A stretch of 46,308 bases of DNA from Candidatus Krumholzibacteriia bacterium (GTDB taxonomy: Bacteria; Krumholzibacteriota; Krumholzibacteriia; LZORAL124-64-63): assembly GCA_046484865.1 (NCBI GenBank), contig JAWOID010000026.1, forward strand, positions 1 to 46,308. Direction: 5' to 3'. This document shows positions 43,749 through 46,308 of this stretch, in pieces. How positions within the stretch are numbered: the first letter of the stretch is position 1; each line of letters starts with the position of its first letter. A model generated the notes under the pieces. The model was not told the origin of the DNA. It saw nothing but the letters and a program-made list of their open reading frames with translations, and searched no databases. A program made the position numbers and the translations under genes.

Positions 43749-45107
43749 CTACCGTACCTGCCGCGCCTGGCCGCCGCCGTCCGCCGCGGGCGTCGCCGCC
43801 GATCGATCCCGGTAGGCCGACAGTAGCCCGGCCAGCAGGTCGGGCACGAGGTGCATCCGCTCCGGCGGTTCCACGTACGCGATCCGCATCTGCGAACGGC
43901 CGGGGTTCGGCTCACCCGCAGGGACGCTGTAGAAGCCGGCCATCGGGGCCACCAGGAGGGTGACCGGCCGCCCGTCGATGTCCAGTCGTCCCTCGCGCGC
44001 ACAGTAGAGCACGAAATCGAGAGCGTCGAAATCAGGGCCCATCGTCCTGCGAGCATCGACGACCGAGTAGATGCTGGCGTGCGGACTCGAAACCACGATA
44101 TCGGGGATCAACTCGCGCGTGCGCCGGGTGAGGTCGGCGAGCATGGCGCGGTAATATTCCCGCTGGCGATGGTACCACTGCTGCAGCTCATCGTGCGAGA
44201 CGTGGGCGAGCGCGCCGAAGACGTGCTGCCCGATGGCGCTGGAACAGAGGCTGGCGGTCTTCTCCGCCACCGACCGCTTGTGGAACTCGGGGCTGTCGGT
44301 GACCAGCGCGCCGATGCGCAGCCCGCAGGCATTCCACACCTTCGATGCGGTCTCGATGCTGATGCGACGTCCCGTGATTCCCGGGGCGTCGTCCTCGCCG
44401 ATCCCCCAGATCGAGACGGGACCACTGCCGGTGTAATACATCTCCCGGTAGGCCTCGTCGCTGATCAGCCACATGTCGTGTTCCACGCACAGGCGCGCCA
44501 GGGCCACGAGCGACGCGCGGTCGTAGAGCTGGCCGGTGGGGTTGTCGTACGGGATCACCACCATGGCGCCGGGGCGATGCTCGCGAATGACCTGCTCGAC
44601 GAGCGCCAGATCGGGCAGACTGAACCGCCCCTCGTCGTCCAGCGTGCGCGTCACCGAGACGGTGGCACGCCCGAGTCGCTGAGCGAACGCCTTGTAGTTG
44701 GTGTAGGCGGCGTCGATCAGCAGCAGCGGCCGCTCGTTCGAGCCTGCCGGACCGCAGCACCCGACGATCACGAGTTCCATGGCCTGGCTGCCGCCGTCAG
44801 TGATCTGGCTGCGCAGTCCCTGCCCGGGGAATCCGCTGCTGGCGATGATGTTCAGGAAGGCGCGGTTCGCCTCGTCGGTCCCCACGGTGGCGGTGTACTT
44901 CACCACCCCGTCCACGAAAGGGCTGCCCGGAGCATCGAGATGATGGAGCCGCTCGATCATGGCCGGATGCATGGGCAGCGACACGTTGCCGATGGCCACG
45001 TTGACGGCATCGGTGCCGTCGTCACGGGCGGCGAACTCGATCTGCGCCAGCCTGATCACCGAGGGCCGGCGGTTCTGGAAGTGGGCGGAAAGTCGCGGCG
45101 CGGCCAT
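43749..45107 (-). CDS. PLP-dependent aminotransferase class I/II
   Basis: DGGSQA, NPTG, SDEAY, SKVWNACGLRIG, MRIAY; GGAGG RBS. Confidence 0.92.
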   Translation of the reverse strand: MAAPRLSAHFQNRRPSVIRLAQIEFAARDDGTDAVNVAIGNVSLPMHPAMIERLHHLDAPGSPFVDGVVKYTATVGTDEANRAFLNIIASSGFPGQGLRSQITDGGSQAMELVIVGCCGPAGSNERPLLLIDAAYTNYKAFAQRLGRATVSVTRTLDDEGRFSLPDLALVEQVIREHRPGAMVVIPYDNPTGQLYDRASLVALARLCVEHDMWLISDEAYREMYYTGSGPVSIWGIGEDDAPGITGRRISIETASKVWNACGLRIGALVTDSPEFHKRSVAEKTASLCSSAIGQHVFGALAHVSHDELQQWYHRQREYYRAMLADLTRRTRELIPDIVVSSPHASIYSVVDARRTMGPDFDALDFVLYCAREGRLDIDGRPVTLLVAPMAGFYSVPAGEPNPGRSQMRIAYVEPPERMHLVPDLLAGLLSAYRDRSAATPAADGGGQARQVR

Positions 45108-45260
45108 GGAGCCCCTCCGGGATGATCACTTGCGGCCGCCTGCAGGGATCCGTCGCCACGGATCCCCCGGCCCGGCCGGTCGACGGGACAAACGTGGAGC
45201 CTCGTCCCGCTCGAGGCAAGCTCTGCGCTCGGATGCAGTGGACTGCCTCGGACCGCCGGG

Positions 45261-45320
45261 CGGCCACGGCTCGCCACGGCTCGCCACGCCTTGCCAGGGC
45301 TTGCCACGGCTCGCCCGGGC
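45261..45320. repeat. 10-bp tandem repeat x6, intergenic
   Basis: cggccacggc/tcgccacggc/tcgccacgcc/ttgccagggc/ttgccacggc/tcgcccgggc. Confidence 0.85.
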
Positions 45321-45412
45321 CCGCGAGACGCCACGGACCGCAAGGTGCCCCGGACCCGCTGCAGGCGGCCAGGGGTCGCGGCCGCCAGGGTCGGACCGTC
45401 ACGAGACCCGCC

Positions 45413-45832
45413 CTACTCTCCCACCACCTGCAGGAAGACATTCCGGGTGCGCGGGCGGTTGTCGTGATCGATCACAACGATCTGCTGCCAGGTGCCGAGC
45501 ACGAGTTCGCCGTCATGGACGGGCACCGTCGTGCCCGGGCCCAGGAAGGCGGCCCGCAGATGCGAGAAGCCGTTGTCGTCGCCCCACGTCTGCGAATGGT
45601 GGCTTCGCATGTCGCGCGGCCAGAGTTGCTCGAGGGCCTCGCCCATGTCCCGCACCAGCGCCGGCTCGAATTCGATCGTGGTCACCGAGGCCGTCGACCC
45701 CACCGCGAACACGTTCACCAGCCCTGCAACGACTCCGGCCTCGCGTACGGCCGCGCGGACGTCCGCTGTGATGTCGTGGATGTCGCTGAACCCGTCGGTT
45801 TCCAGCGTGATCGCCTTGCCCTGGATCCTCAC
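45413..45832 (-). CDS. yjbQ: Second YjbQ/UPF0047 family protein
   Basis: GSTASVTTIEFE, WGDDNGFSHLRA, LGTWQQIV..D.DNRPR; GTG at 45832 with GGAGG RBS. Confidence 0.9.
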   Translation of the reverse strand: MRIQGKAITLETDGFSDIHDITADVRAAVREAGVVAGLVNVFAVGSTASVTTIEFEPALVRDMGEALEQLWPRDMRSHHSQTWGDDNGFSHLRAAFLGPGTTVPVHDGELVLGTWQQIVVIDHDNRPRTRNVFLQVVGE

Positions 45833-46084
45833 CGCGACGCCTCCCGTCGATCGGGTTCCTGCCTCGACGACTCGCCCGTCCGCTGCTCGGCACGACACCC
45901 CGCCGAGGCGGTTTCGCAGAACGACACCGGCAGTGCAGGCTCGCGGCACTGCACCGGTACGCCGGTCTGCGGCACCGCAGCGGGTGAGCCGGGTCCCGTG
46001 CGCGACCATGTTACGCGATCGCGCCAGGATGCGCCGCCGCTCGCGTCCGCTCGGGGCCAACCGTCCTCTCTTGTCTCGTGCAGC

Positions 46085-46308
46085 TCACATGTCCTTGGAC
46101 TCGGCCGCACCATGCCGGTGCCGGTGGCACGCCGAGCAGTACGTGATCAGGTTCTCGAGCGCGTTTCCTCCTCCACGCGCCCGCGGCACGATGTGATGCA
46201 CCTTTAGGAACCGGGTTCGCGAACACCCGGGTGTCCGGCACCGGTAACCGTCCCGCGCGAGCACCGCCGCCCGCACCGACGGGGCGATCGCCGCCCGGTT
46301 CGGCCGAC
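46085..46308 (-). CDS. HNH endonuclease domain protein, 5' truncated by the window edge
   Basis: VLARDGYRCRTPGC...VHHIVPRARGGGN..ENLITYCSACH; frame open to the edge. Confidence 0.85.
   Translation of the reverse strand, partial: RPNRAAIAPSVRAAVLARDGYRCRTPGCSRTRFLKVHHIVPRARGGGNALENLITYCSACHRHRHGAAESKDM

Overview
High-GC bacterial chromosomal window, densely coding, with about 40 real genes; most of the many long ORFs in the track are antisense or off-frame GC shadows. No rRNA, tRNA, CRISPR array or transposase is visible. Left to right: a 55-bp tandem repeat at the window edge; a PepSY-associated TM protein with a Fur-box-like site upstream; three secreted Cys-rich proteins that all end in the same short tail (TW-x-x-[VL]-K-x-L-[YF]-R-stop); alaS; a rearranged PNAG-type (pgaD-C-A-B-like) exopolysaccharide operon; arfB; yjbQ; a basic/acidic mini-protein overlapping agmatinase; a lipoprotein; a THUMP RNA methyltransferase; DUF421; glnA divergent from a three-gene flavin/Fe-S amino-acid oxidase; HDOD; TIGR01777 epimerase; an atypical crotonase followed by a fused LeuC-LeuD-type aconitase with substituted active-site histidines; a coiled-coil lipoprotein; an AsnB-ACP-acyl ligase trio; an EEP protein; PatB/MalY; TIGR00725; a second HDOD; dinB; CYTH; a TAXI-TRAP transporter; an alpha/beta hydrolase lacking the nucleophile Ser; SRAP; an FSA-type aldolase; a PLP aminotransferase; a second yjbQ; and a truncated HNH gene. 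The best novelty candidates are the shared C-terminal tail (possible protein-sorting signal), the aconitase/crotonase pair with altered active sites, and the rearranged pga-like operon. All calls come from motif recognition by eye; no searches were run.
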